Numbered from the stretch's first letter, positions 38,287 to 51,536 are shown. The stretch: 64,000 nt of DNA from Mobula hypostoma (GCF_963921235.1 NC_086097.1:117368001-117432000), one strand, 5' to 3'. A program made the numbers and translations. Notes: a model not told the origin generated them from the sequence alone.

Positions 38287-39625
38287 CAGAATCAGAATCA
38301 GCTTTATTATGACCACCATGTGTCATGAAATTTGTTAACTTATCAGCAGCAGTACAATGCAATGCAAGACAATATAGAAAGAAAAATAAATAAATAAGTA
38401 AATCAATAGCAGGAAGTATATATTTGTATATTAAATAATTAGATTAAAAATAGTGCAAAACAGAAACAATATAAAAAAGCTAGGTAGTGTTCAAGGGTTC
38501 AATGTCCGTTTAGGAATCGGATGGCAGCGGGGGAAGAAGCTGTTCCTGAATTGTTGAGTGTGTTCTTTCAGGCTTCTGTACCTCCTTCCTGATGGTAGAA
38601 AAGAGAACAGGGTACGTCTTGCATGATGGTGGTCTTTAATGATGGACACTACCTGTCTGAGGTATCGCTCCTTGAAGATGTCTTGGAAACTATGAGGCTA
38701 CTACCATGATAGAGCAGACTAATTTTACCACTTCTTGTAGCTTCTTCCAGTCCTGTGCAGTAGCCACCCCCTCCCCATACCTGAAGTGATGCAGCCTGTC
38801 AGAATGCTCTCCGTGGTACATCTGTAGGAGTCTTTGAGTGTTTTAGGTGACTAACCAAATCTCTTCAAACTCCCAATGAAATATAGCCGCTGTCTTGCCT
38901 TCTTTATAACTGAGTCAATATGTTGTGACCAGGTTAGATCCTCAGAGATCTTGACACCCAGGAACTTGAAATTGCTCACTGTCTCCACTTCTGATCCCTC
39001 TATAATGATTGGTTCATGTTCCCTTGTCTTAACCTTCCTAAAGTCTGTAATCAGTTCTTTCATCTTACTGATGTTGAGTGCAAGGTTGTTGCTGTGGCAA
39101 TTGGTATATTTTACTCTTGTACCCCTTCTCATCTCCATTTGAGATTCTCCCAACAGCAGTTGTATCATTAGCAAATGTGTAGATGGCTTTTGAGCTATGT
39201 TTAGCCACATAGTCATAGGTATAGAGTGAATAGAGCAATGGGCTAAGCACATACCCCTGAGGTGCACCAGTGTTGATCGTCACTGAGGTGGATATGTTAT
39301 TCCCAATCTGCACAGACTGTGGTCTTCCAGTTGGGAAGTTAAGGCTCCAATTATAGAGGGAGGTACAGAGGCCAAGTTCTGTAGCTTTTCAATCTGGACT
39401 GTGGGAATGATGGTGTTAAGTGTCGAGCTATAGTCGATGAACAGCATCCTGACATACATTGTCCAAGTAATCTAAGGCCATGTGAAGAGCCATTGAGATT
39501 GCATTTGCTGTAGACCTATTGTGGCAATAGGCAAATTGTTATGGGTCCAGGTCATTGCTGAGGTAGGAGTTGATTCTAGTCATGACCAACCTCTCAAAGC
39601 ATTTTATCACTGTCGATGTGAGTGC
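38287..39625 (-). mobile_element. Rex/Babar-like LINE inserted in the Gypsy 5' LTR
   Basis: [34 protein letters not shown] and NFKFLGV..SEDLTW motifs; (ATTCTG)n tail at 38287. Confidence 0.85.
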
Positions 39626-40532
39626 TGCACGTATGTTATTCATGGCCACCTGTCTTCCCAGTAGCACAAACATAACAAACACAAACATAATGAAAAGATT
39701 TTTACTCCTCATGTATATGAAGGATGGAAATAACAAAGCCAGTTCAATTCAATTCAATTCAATTCAAGAAGACAGACTAACATTACAGAAGGCATTTGAG
39801 ATTTGTGCTGCAATGGAGATGGTAGCTAAAGAAGCACAACTATCCAGCACATCTTCCCAACTTCATAAGGTTTCTACTGACTTTAAGAATAAGACACCGA
39901 TTGGCATTCAATGTGACCATTGTAGCAAAACAGGGCATTCAGCAAAAGACTGCTGGTATAAGGATTTAGATTTCTGAAACGGTGGCAAAAAGAGACATAT
40001 TGACTATGCCTGTACAGTAAAAAGACACTATTATCCAAAAATACCTTAATAAAGAAAAATGACTTCTGGGATAAAAACAAAACAAAAAAAGATACAAGAA
40101 CAAAATGGAGCATACTGAGAACAGACTGAGTGACTCTCATCCTGTGGTTGAAGAAGTTTTGCCTGTTTTATCTGTTTCAGGGCACAAAGACGGCTATTGG
40201 GTGACCCTGTGGTTGGTTGGGGCCTCAGTGAGGATGCAGGTGGACATGGGTGCTGCTGTATCGCTGGTGTAAGAGACAGTTTACCAGGAGAAACTGCAGC
40301 ATCTCACCCCAGAAGGGACAAGGCTGACTTTAAAGACTTACACTGGCCACTGTTCCAGTGAGGGAGTCGTACAGTACAGTGGAGATTAAGGGATAGAGTC
40401 CTTAATCTGTAATCTTTAACCATACATTGTTAAAGGTGGTTATCCAGTGCTTCAGGGCTGTTTGTGTTTGGAGCAGCTCAAACTTAGCTGGCATGAAGTG
40501 CACTTGATTGGTGGGAGTACTGGCCTACAATA

Positions 40533-40730
40533 ACCGGCTGACGGTGTAGCAACATCTGCACCGGACTTCGAGCGAGTGGTTCTGGGTTCGAATCTGGCTA
40601 ATTCCTTCCACTCTTTCCATCCGTGCTGGGCTGAACACTGAGCGAGCAACTCGGTCTCGTAAAAATCAGCCAAAAAGAGAAATGGCAATGTTGGCACCCG
40701 ATGAGCCACTAGGGACGGAAAGGACCAACA
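40533..40730 (+). mobile_element. tRNA-derived SINE inside Gypsy
   Basis: B-box gggttcgaatc ~40584; degenerate TSD actggcctacaata / actggtctactata. Confidence 0.65.
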
Positions 40731-42966
40731 ACTGGTCTACTATAGGTATCGAAGAAACATGCAGAAGTATTCAATGGAGAACCAGGCAGTATGAAAGGAA
40801 CCACTATTAAGCCTGACACAACCCTAAATGCCTGAAGCCAAGACCTGTTCCATGTGCCCTCAAACCAAAGATAGAAGCTAAATTGGAAAGTTGGCATTTT
40901 CAATCACTTTTGCATCAAGGACAGAGAGCTGCTATGCTCAGATTCAGCGGGAAGCACTTGCAATTGTGAAAGCAAAATGGGCTATTTGCTAGATTCATAG
41001 TCATAGAAAGGTATAGCACAGTTGTAGGCTCTTTGGCCCATCTAGTACCATGCCAAAACCATTTAAACTGCCTTCTCCCATCGACCATAGACCTCCATAC
41101 CCCTACCATCCATGTACCTATCCAAACTTCTCTTAAATATTGAGATCGAGCTTGTGTACAGCACTTGTGCTGACAGCTCATTCCACGCTCTCTTGACCCT
41201 CTGAGAGTAACCTTCTTGTCCTATAGAAAGGATAGATCTACAAGCCTATGTGGAGTCTTCAAGCCAACCATTAATCCAGTTCTTAGGGCTCAACAATGCC
41301 ATCTTTCCCTCACTGATGACCCTTTTGCAGGACTGGCTGAAAGACAGACATTTAGCAAAATTGACTTCTGTCCCATGTATTACAGATGCATGTGGAGCCA
41401 GAGTCACAGAAACTGTTGACCATACTGACTCAAAAAGCAATGTTCAGGTACCAAAGGCTTCCATTTGGCATCACCGTGTCTCCCACACCTTTTCAGTGAG
41501 CATTGGACCAGATCCTGAGCGGGTTGGCAGGGGTGAAATGCTATTTGGACAGGTTACTCATTCTGGGAAAAATGAGCGTGCGCACCTACAATGCTTGGAT
41601 ACTTCACTACAAAGATTCAAGGAAAATAGGCTAAGGGTCTGGAAGGACACATGTGAGCTCTTTCAAACTTCAGATAAATCGACAACTCAGGGCTTCACAA
41701 GGCACCATCAAAGGTGAAGGCAATTATTAGGCTCCATCACTGCAGAACTTAAGTTAATTAAGATCTTTCTTAGGACTGCTAACATACATTGCAAAGTTTG
41801 TTCCTAACCTAGCTTGCATGCTGAAACCACTTCATGAGCCTTTAAATAAGTCAATTCATTGTCAGTGAACAGATTGCTGTGAAGAGATTTTTTTAAAGCT
41901 GAAACAGTTTTGTCACAATCTGAAGCACTCACACACTTCAACCCATCATTGCCCATACAGTTGGCCTGTGATGCATCACCCTATGGTGTGGGGGCTGTTA
42001 CCTCACACATCATATAAGTGAAGAGCATTTTCAATCACTTCTGCATCAAGGACCTTAAGCAAGACAGAAAGCCGCTGTGCCCAGATTGAGCGGGAAGCAC
42101 TTGCAATTGTTTTTGAAGTTAAGATTTACCATTGATTTATTTCTGATCGACGATTTACACTACTGACAAAGCATTGTCTCTTGATGTTAATTTTTGGTCC
42201 ACATGCAGGCTGCTTGTCAAATGTAATGCTTGGCTCTGTTCCTAACTGCACATCAGTATGATATAAAGTACAGGAGGTCTGGGCACCATTTGAATACTGA
42301 TAGACTGTCCAGATTTCCCTTAGCTGTCACGGTTCTAGAGCCAGGGAAGTACTTGCAGCTCCAAGAACTGTGGCACAAGTCCAGAAGCACGCATGTACTG
42401 ACCCTGTTCTACCTGAAGAGCTGCACTGGGTAACTCATGAATGAAAAGGAAAGCCAACCGTAGAATTGAAACCTGAATCAGGCTTGACAGAACGAGATCA
42501 CAGTCCAGGCGTGGTGTTTACTTTGGGGTTACCATGTTGTCATTCCTCCACCATTGAGAAAGCAAATGCTTGACCAGCTACATGCAGGACACTCTGGCGT
42601 GGTGTACATGAAAGTAATTGCACACGGCTGCTTCTGGTGGCCAGTACTAGATGTGACCATTGAAGAGTAGGCCAAAACATGTCCATATTGTCAGTAGGTG
42701 AGAAATGCTCCTCAACTTGCTCCTTCGCATCCATGGGAAAGGCCTGAAGAACCATGGCAGAGGATTCGCATAGATTTTATGGGACGTGGAGAAGGCCATT
42801 TGTTCTTGGTCATAGTGGACACACAGAGCAAATGGACTGATGCTGCCATCATGAAGAGAACTACATCTAAAAAATGCATTGAGGAGCTAAGTTCCATTTT
42901 TAGTCGTTTTGGGTTTCCTCAACAGCTTGTGGCAATAGCCTACGACTCCAGTCTGAAGATTTCCAT

Positions 42967-43907
42967 GAGACCATAAGACCATAAGACAAAGGATCAGAAG
43001 TCGGCCATTCGGCCCATCGAGTCTGCTCTGCCACTTTATCATGAGCTGATCCATTCTCCCATTTAGTCCCACTCCCCCGCCTTCTCACCATAACCTTTGA
43101 TGCCCTGGCTACTCAGATACCCATCAATCTCTGCCTTAATTACACCCAATGACTTGACCTCCACCGCTGCCCATGGCAACAAATTCCATAGATTCATCAC
43201 CCTCTGACTAAAAAAATTTCTTCGCATTTCCGTTCTGAACGAGCGCCCTTCAATCCTTAAGTCATGCCCTCTCGTACTAAACTTCCCCAACATGGGAAAC
43301 AACTTCGCCACATCCACTCTGTCCATGCCTTTCAACATTTGAAATGTTTCTATGAGGTCGCCCCTCATTCTTCTAAACTCCAAGGAATACAGTCCAAGAG
43401 CGGACAAACGTTCCTCATATGTTAACCCTCTCATTCCCGGAATCATTCTAGTGAATCTTCTCTGTACCCTCTCCAATGTCAGCACATTCTTTCTTAAATA
43501 AGGAGACCAAAACAGCCCACAGCACTCCAAATGAGGTCTCACCAGCGCCTTATAGAGCCTCAACATCACATCCCTGCTCCTATACTCTATTCCTCGAGAA
43601 ATGAATGCCAACATTGCATTCGCCTTCTTTACCACCGACTCAACCTGAAGGTTAACCTTAAGGGTATCCTGTATGAGGACTCCCAAGTCCCGTTGCATCT
43701 CAGAACTTTGAATTCTCTCCCCATTTAAATAACAGTCTGCCCGTTTATTTCTTCTGCCAAAGTGCATAACCATACACTTTCCAACATTGTATTTCATTTG
43801 CCACTTCTTTGCCCATTCTTCCAATCTATCCAAGTGTCTCTGCAGACTCTCCATTTCCTCAGCACTACCGGCCCCTCCACCTATCTTTGTATCGTCAGCA
43901 AACTTAA
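42967..43907 (-). mobile_element. Young 5'-truncated CR1 LINE in the Gypsy integrase; open 283-aa C-terminal ORF2 fragment
   Basis: ORF 43063-43914 from KFADDTK is nearly identical to the protein in 33579-34420; (CCATAAGA)n tail. Confidence 0.95.
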
Positions 43908-45948
43908 ATTTCAAGGCATTTATGGGAGCAAACAGTATTTAGCACATCAACTCAGCACCATATCATCCCACCATTAAATGTCTCGCAGAATGATTCATAT
44001 AAACAATGAAACAAGCCCTCAGGGCTCAGTAGGAAGTGAATCTCTCAACCTGGGTTTTAGCATTTTCTTGCTGACATACCATAACACTCCCAAGCCAAGA
44101 TTACTAATAGATAAAAATGACTTTGGTTTCATCTCCAGATTACCTGTACCCTCACTGTGACTAATCTTCAGCACATGGGGCAAAAAATTCCCCTAGGTAA
44201 TGTCTGGGAACAGAGGCAGTCCACCCTCCTTCCCTAATTTAGATAAAAAGCGTTCTGAGCTGTCGGTTGAAGTTGATGATTACTCCATTGAATATTAATA
44301 GTTCAGCAGCAGGTCAGTGTATGGGAAGGGGAAGAAACCTTTAAAATAAGGAGGGAGGGATAAGTTCTGTATTTATGTAAATTTTCACCCTTACGTGTTG
44401 CTTTTGAGCTTCCCTGTGTGTTACACATTGAACGTAATGTGAGAGGGCACTCTGGGTGGATGACTTACAAGTAAAATGAACAGCTGCACGTTTGTTTCTC
44501 ATCTGTTTGTCTCTTCTGCGTGTTACTCACGGCCAGCCAATGTTCCAGTACCACAAACATAGCAGGTCCAATATCTCCTCTCGCCTCTCTTTTACTCTTC
44601 AAATATCTGAAAAAAAACTTTTAGTATCTTCTTTGATATTATTGCCTAGCTTATCTTCATATTTTTTTATTTTCTATCCTTATGGTCTTTTTAGTTGCCT
44701 TCTATTCATTTTAAAAAAACTTCCCAACCCTCTAAATCCCACTAATTCTTATTATATTATATACTCTCTCTTTTGCTTTCATGCTGTCTTAGACTTCCCT
44801 TGTCAGCCAGGTTTGCTTCACCCTCTCTTTAGGATACTTCCTCTCCTTTAGGGTGCATCTATCCTGGACGTTCCGATTTGCCCCAGAAACTCCAGCCACT
44901 GCTGTTCTGCAGTCTTTCCTGCTAGTGTCCCGTTCCAAACAACTTCGGCCAGCTCCTCTCTCATGCCTCTGAATTCCCTTTAGTCCACAGTAATACTGAC
45001 TTTAGCTTCCCTCTCTAACTTGTCTGTGAATTCTGTCATATTATGATCACTGTGTCCCAAGGGTTCCTTAACATTAAGACCCCTAATTAAATTTGGTTCA
45101 TGACACAATACCCAATCCAGAATTGTCCTTCCCCTCATGGGCTCAACCACAAGCTGCTTTAAAAAGCATTGGAGTTGTAATAACCGCTCAATAATAGGTA
45201 TGAAATGAGTAGAGAAGGGAACTAGGCACACAGGCTGTGGTGCACACATGTGAATGGCGATGGTGGAGAAGATGTCATTGCTGGACAACCAATATCCACC
45301 CTGTGATACTTCAGTCTTTGACGTTGTCACCTTTAGTTATCCCTTCCTCTCTCCTGTCCTCTAAGATGCCAAGGTTCTCTGGAATGCAAGTACTTCAAGA
45401 TTGGAACTGCAAGTACAGACAAGAGAAAATCTGCGAATGCTGGAGATCCAAGCAACATACACAAAATGCTGGAGGAACTCAGCAGGCCAGGCAGCATCTA
45501 TGGAAACGAGTACAGCTGACATTTCGGGCTGAGACCCTGCAGTAGGACTCAGCTACTGCAAGTACAGACTGAGTACTGTCGTCTGCATTCTTCACCACCT
45601 CCACAAGCTGCAGGACATGGGCATCAGAATCTGGTATTGAGTAAAGGGTGGCCATCCACAAGGGGAAAGAGGGAAGTTAAAAGTGCATGCTGATGACATT
45701 TACAGATTGTAATCTGCAGCGGAGGAGAAATGATCACGCAGAACCCACAATCAGTGATCACACTTACATGGCCAGTGGCCAGAGCATCAACAATGCTCAT
45801 CCACTTCATAACCAGCACTCTCTCCTCCTGGGTAGTTAATAGCTGAGAAGTTGATTGGTGAAAGAGTTGTTGCCTAGTTTATCTGCTGTGCTAATTGAGA
45901 CCTGCCACTTCTGTCTATAAAAAAGAAGAGAAGTAATTCAGTGCAAGT

Positions 45949-46975
45949 CACACAAAATGCTGGAGGAACTCAGCAGGCAAGGCTGCATCTATGGAAATGA
46001 GTACAGTCGACATTTTGGACTGAGACCCTTTGGCAGGACTGGAGGATAGAAGATGAGTAGTGGAGTTAAAAGGTGGGGGTAGGGGAGAGAGAAACACAGG
46101 TGACTGTTTAAATCAGGAGGGGGTCGGGTGAAGTGAAGAGCTGGAAAGTTGATTGGTGAAAGAAATACAGGGCTGGAGAAGGGGGAGTCTGATAGAAGAG
46201 GACAGAAGGCCATGGAAGAAAGAAAAGTGGGGAGGAGATAAGACCATAAGACATTGGAGCAGAATTAGGCCACATATTCCATCGAGTCCGCTCTGCCTTT
46301 TAATCATGGCTGATCTTTCTTTTCCCCATCCGACGTAGATTGGGAGACCACTTTACTGAGGACCTATGCTCCATCAGAAAAAGCGGAATCTCCCAGTGGC
46401 CACCCATTTTAGTTCCACTTCCCATTCCCATTCCAATATGTCAATCCATGGCCTCCTCTACTGTCATGATGAGGCCACACTTAAGTTGGAGGAATAACAC
46501 CTTATATTCCATCTGGGAAACCTCCAAACTGATGGCATGAACATCGATTTCTCAAACTTCCAGTAATGGCCTCCCCTCCCTTCACCATTCCCCATCCCCT
46601 TTTCCCTCTCTCACCTTATTTCCTTGCCTGCCTATCGCCTCCCTCTGGTGCTCCTCCTGCTTTTCTTTCTTCCATGGCCTTCTGTCCTCTCCTATCAGAC
46701 TCTCCCTTCTCCAGCCCTGTATCTCTTTCACCAATCAACTTCTCAGCTCTTTACTTCACTCTCATCCTCTCGGTTTCACCTATCACCTTGTGTTTCTCCC
46801 TCCCCTCCCCCAACTTTTTAACTCTGACTCCCCATCTTTTTCTTTTCCAGTCCTGCCAAAGGGCCTCAGCCTGAAAACATCGGCTGTACTCTTTCCTACA
46901 GATGCTGCCTGGCCTGCTGAGTTCTTCCAGTATTTTGTGTGCGTTGCTCAGGTTTCCAGCATCTGCATATTTTCT
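45949..46975. mobile_element. Penelope-like element with inverted pseudo-LTR
   Basis: 45949-46235 is a close reverse complement of ~46660-46945; GIY-YIG tail remnant 46335-46540; short CR1 tail 46237-46330 between the arms. Confidence 0.8.
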
Positions 46976-47049
46976 CTGGTAAGTAATTAATTGCACACCT
47001 TTCGGGGCACTTGATGGTATTTCTGTCAGAGTGGGACCGCTGTTAGAAT

Positions 47050-47550
47050 ATGGAACATTGATACAACATGAAGTTGTGATTTTAACCTACTCCAGGATCA
47101 ATCTAACTCTTCTCTCCTGCATACCCTCTACTTTACAGACACCCATGTGCCAATCAAAATGTTTCCTAAAAGCCCCTAATGTATCTGCCTCTCCCACTGC
47201 CCCTGGCAGCACATTCTACACACTTACCACTGTGTGAAAAAACCCGCCTCTGATATCTCCCCGATAATCTCCTCCAACTTTCTTTAAATTATGCCTGCTC
47301 GTATTAGCGACATCCGCCCTGGGGAAAAGTCTCTGGCTGTCCACTTGATCTATGCCTCTTATCATCTAATACATCTTTATCCAGTCACCTCTCATCCTCC
47401 TTCAGTCCAGAGAAAAAAGCTCTGGCTCGTTCAACATGTGCTCTAATCCAGGCAATGTCCTGGAAAATCTCTTCTGCACCCTCTCTAAATCTTCCACATC
47501 CTTCCTATAATGAGGCGACCAGAACTGAACACTGTACTCTCAAGTGTGGT
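47050..47550 (-). mobile_element. CR1 LINE 3' fragment (other subfamily)
   Basis: Decayed ORF2 C-terminus and tail. Confidence 0.6.
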
Positions 47551-48539
47551 GTTGAATCGTGAGGTTTTCAATGGAGCTAGAAAAATAAATTGACTGATTG
47601 AGCACTGATTAATGGGGCTAGGTGGGTGATGGGGGTGAATGAGTGAAGTGACACCATTAGTGGCATATATTTCTTGAATATGAACTTACCCTGACACCTT
47701 GAGTGAAATCATTAAACTGCTTTCTGCACTGAATCATTATTTTCACAGGAAATTCTTTGCATTGACCTCTATCTGCTATTCTTTCTTCCTACTGCCTCTG
47801 AGCACATGCTCTCTTGAGATACGTAATTTTATTTTTATAGCCAATTAATGTAGACTTTTACCTCTGAATTACATCATTTATGCATTTTTTACTTTATAAG
47901 GTGCATTATATATTTATAATAATTGATGTAGATTTGAGCCTAGCTATATTTCTCAACCAAGCCCCATAGTTCACTTATACAGTTTCTCTGCTAGGGGTGA
48001 GCACAGATCCCTGCTTGGGTCAATGATCACACTCTAAATTTACGGATAATTTGAGTAAGATGAGTCTCTTGACAAACTTAGCAGGGCTGCTGCATCAATG
48101 TTTATGGTTCACCTCTAACAATGGGATCTTTCCTGTCAGGGATTTTCATAATTGGAATATTGAGGAGAAGAATTTTCATCTGTGGGTTGTAAATTTCTTC
48201 CCTGTAAAACAGACATTTGGCAGAAAAACATTCCTGGAGAGTGCTTAGACCAGCCTAACATGATAACCAAGCCCAGCTTTAATTGTGTGCCTAGCACTTC
48301 CATGCCAAAGAGGACCAATGTCACTAAAGTAAGAAAGCCAATGTCAATGTCTTGTGTGCATTGTTATACTTGCATCCTCCTGGAGAATTCTGAGTATCAG
48401 TGAAAGGATTTGCAGGCTGGGTGATAAACTGATCTGCCACTCAGCAATTACTCTTTGCAGGGCTTTCATATTAGCAGTTCTTTCACAAATGCTTTCATAT
48501 CAGCAGTTCTTTCAACTTCAGAAATAAATTTTATTCATA

Positions 48540-49096
48540 CACTCAGTGGCCACTTTATTAGGTACACCCGTACACTTGCTCGTTAATGCAATTATCTAAT
48601 CAGCAGATCACGCGGCAGCAACCCAATGCATAAAGGTATGCAGACATAGTGAAAAGCTTGTTCAGACCAAACATCAGAATGGGGAAGAAACGTGACCTCA
48701 GTGACTTTGATCGTGGAATGTTTGTTGGTGCCAGACGGGGTTTTTTGAGTATCTCAGAAACCTCTGATCTCCTGGGCTTTTCATGCACAACAGTCTCTAG
48801 AGTTTACAGAGAATGGTGTGAAAAACAAGAAAAATAAACATCCAGTGAATGGCAGTTCTGTGGGAAAAATGACTTTGTTAATGAGAGAGATGAGAGGACA
48901 ATGTCCAAGCTGACAGGAAGGTGATAGTAAATCGAATAACCACACATTACAACAATGGTGTGCAGAAGAGCAACTCTGAGTGCACAACACATTGAACGAT
49001 GAAATGGATGAGCTACAGCAGCAGAAGACCATGAAGATACACTCAATTGCCACTTTATTAGGTATAAGAGGTACCTAATAACATAGCCACTGAGCA
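48540..49096 (+). mobile_element. Non-autonomous Tc1-like element
   Basis: TA-flanked TIR cactcagtggccactttattaggtacacc; HTH remnant MGKKRDLSDFDRGMFVGARR..SISETSDLLGFSCTTVSRVYREW. Confidence 0.85.
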
Positions 49097-49783
49097 TATC
49101 ATTGAGACATAAAATAGTTACATTCATAATGCCATCTAGTGTAGACACTCATTGTTTCATGAACAGAACAACACTGGTACTGTGGCCTCTTTGAGCAAAA
49201 CAAACTTGGTGTTTGCAGGGCTTTAGGACAGGACCCAGCCTCTTGGGGTTTAGTGGCAGTAGGATCTTAGTCTACAGTCATTTCCTTCAAAACCTTTGTG
49301 TTGGCTGCTCCAAGCTTTAGTGTTTCCCGTGGTCAAACGCAGTCAATTATGGACATCTTGTTGGATCCTCTAGCTGCTGGCACATCCCAGCTGTACGTTC
49401 CGGTCAGCGATTCCAACTGTATCATTGATGCAACTCGGCCATTTGGCAGAGTTGATGCAGACTGGTCAGCATTTCCAAACTCCAGATAAAAATAGTTAAA
49501 AATAACAAGCTGAGCTATGTTTTCAGTGACATTACAAATGGAGCACAAGGACTCTATGACTCATATTCACAATGTTATTCATTAACTTATTTATTAATTA
49601 TGATTTTTTTTGTATTTGCACACTTTGTCTTCTTTTGCATATTGGTTGTTTATCAGTCTTAGTGTGTAATTTTTGTTTTGATTGGTTCTAATGTATTTCT
49701 TTGTTCTACTCTGAATACCTGCAAGATAATGGACCAGTGCAAGATTAAAGACTATGAAGTTAAAGGAAGTGTACAAGATGGAG

Positions 49784-50060
49784 TGGCATGGTAGTGTAGT
49801 GGTTAGCACAACGCTTTACAGTACCAGTGACCTGGGTTCAATTCCTGCCGTTGCCTGTAAGGAGTTTGTACATTCTCCTTGTGACCATGTGGATTTCCTC
49901 CAGGTGCTCCGGTTTTCTCCCACATTCCAAAGACATACTGCTTGGTAGGTTAGTTGGTCATTGTAAATTATCCATTGATTAGGCTATGGTTAAATCAGGA
50001 GTTGCTGTGTGGTGTGTTTCGAAGGAACAGAAGGGCCTATTCCATACTGTATCACAATAA
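49784..50060 (+). mobile_element. HE1/V-type SINE
   Basis: A-box-like tggtagtgtagtgg, B-box gggttcaattcc, V-core tttcctccaggtgctccggttttctcccaca, CR1-like tail. Confidence 0.85.
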
Positions 50061-50860
50061 ATACAGAAAGAAAGAATCTCAGGCTAATATATGTTGACAT
50101 CTACAAACTTTGATCATAAATTGACTTCGAACTCTGAACTCTGCCTGGTTCTTGTCAGACTTTGTTGCCAAATCATTCAGATGAGGTCACACTAGTGTTC
50201 CTCTCCAACCCTTTCCTCCTTCAGTCTGATTGTCACATGCAGAAAGATAGAAATCAGCAATGTTAAGTATTGCAGAGTACATTGATGAAATAAAGGGGAA
50301 TAATGCAAGTCTGAGAACAGTGAAGTACCCTATTTCATTCCTCCCCATGCACCGGTGAGAGTCACTTAAGAAAACATAAAGAGATTCCTTGTTTTCAATG
50401 GTGTTTCAAAAGCGAGAGAGTCAGAGGGAACTGGTCAAGTGCACATAGACGTAGAATTTTCCCTTTCTGCCATTGAAGAGATGGATGTGAGAGAAAAACT
50501 TTGAAAGATAAAGAGCCAGCAAGCCTTACTGTTTGCCTTGGAAACTTCCAAGATCATCTTCAGATCCATCCTCCTCTCTCTGGAGTAGAAAGAGACATGC
50601 TTGTCCTGCTTTTCTCCAAGGATTCACAAAACGAGCTTGGTGATTGCTACAGCCTTAGGAAGAATTCAGATCAGGTGATGGACCTGACTGAGAGCTGCAG
50701 ACTCTTCTGTGCTAGTCTGCAGGGATCACTGCCTCCTGGAACTTCCTGTTCTTTCTCATGGGGGTCTTAGGCAACAGCAAATGAGTGAGTCTGGAAAAGC
50801 CAGTGACCCTGACTTTCTCCATCTATTGTATTGAGACAACTGTAAGTCCTGAAAGCCATG

Positions 50861-50940
50861 CAGGGGTTCCCATCCTGGGATCCATGGACTCCATGGTTAA
50901 TGGTAAGGGTTCATGGCATAAAAAAGATAGGGAACCCCTG
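50861..50940. mobile_element. 80-bp hAT-type MITE
   Basis: TIRs caggggttccc ... gggaacccctg; no clear 8-bp TSD. Confidence 0.65.
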
Positions 50941-51536
50941 GTTACCTGGCTGAGTTACTGATCTCTGTGGCACTGTATGGAGCCAGGTCTAGTGAAAGTG
51001 CACCTTGTTCTGTCTGTCGCCAGCAGCTTGCTGAACTGAGGGGGAAAGGAGTGGTGGGGAAGAATGACAGGTAAATTGAGCCAGACAGGAGAGAAGGGTG
51101 GATCAAGTTGGGACACAAAGACAGCTGGGGATGATAGATAGAGTCAGACAAAAGAAAGGGAGGTCAAGGAGGAGGGTGAAGCTGGAGGGGAACGCGATCA
51201 TTAAATTAAAGATTCATTCCTTATATCCTTATGAGAGTCTGGACCGCAATCTTAATACATCATTGGAAAAAGAATGTCAATCCAAATTGCATTTGGGAAC
51301 TAGCTAAAGAACAGACAGAACCCATTAACAGGTGGTGCATTATGTATTTTTTTCTCCAAACCCCATCTGTGGACTAGCTCAGATAGATTTCCAATGAATG
51401 CTCAAGTCAATTAAGCCGTGTTTATGGAAGGAGAAAAGAAATTAAAGTCTCTGGTTAAAAATCCTGGGAAGGAGAGAAAAACAATTAACAAAAGTTAACT
51501 AACGAATTCCAGGTCTTGATCAAATAGTTTTTATAT

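Larger units (their letters stand above)
38136..44564 (+). mobile_element. Decayed full-length Ty3/Gypsy LTR retrotransposon
   Basis: 5' LTR TGTTAT (38136-~38286 plus ~39625-39677, ends ATAACA); 3' LTR 44363-44564; PPT aaggagggaggga ending 44360; TSD tgtcc/ggtcc; gag knuckle CDHCSKTGHSAKDC ~39912; protease VDMGAAVS ~40240; RT; RNase H LACDASPYGVGAV ~41961; integrase PWQRIRIDFMG and SAPYHP. Confidence 0.9.
36411..45168 (-). mobile_element. CR1 LINE (host), split by a Gypsy insertion at 38136-44564
   Basis: RT remnants in 36491-38039; sequence resumes at 44565; endonuclease remnant FLKQLVVEP.RG..ILDWVLC at ~45000-45168. Confidence 0.85.

Noticed and set aside
48462..48514. 29-bp tandem duplication
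   Set aside because: Two copies only; ordinary slippage.
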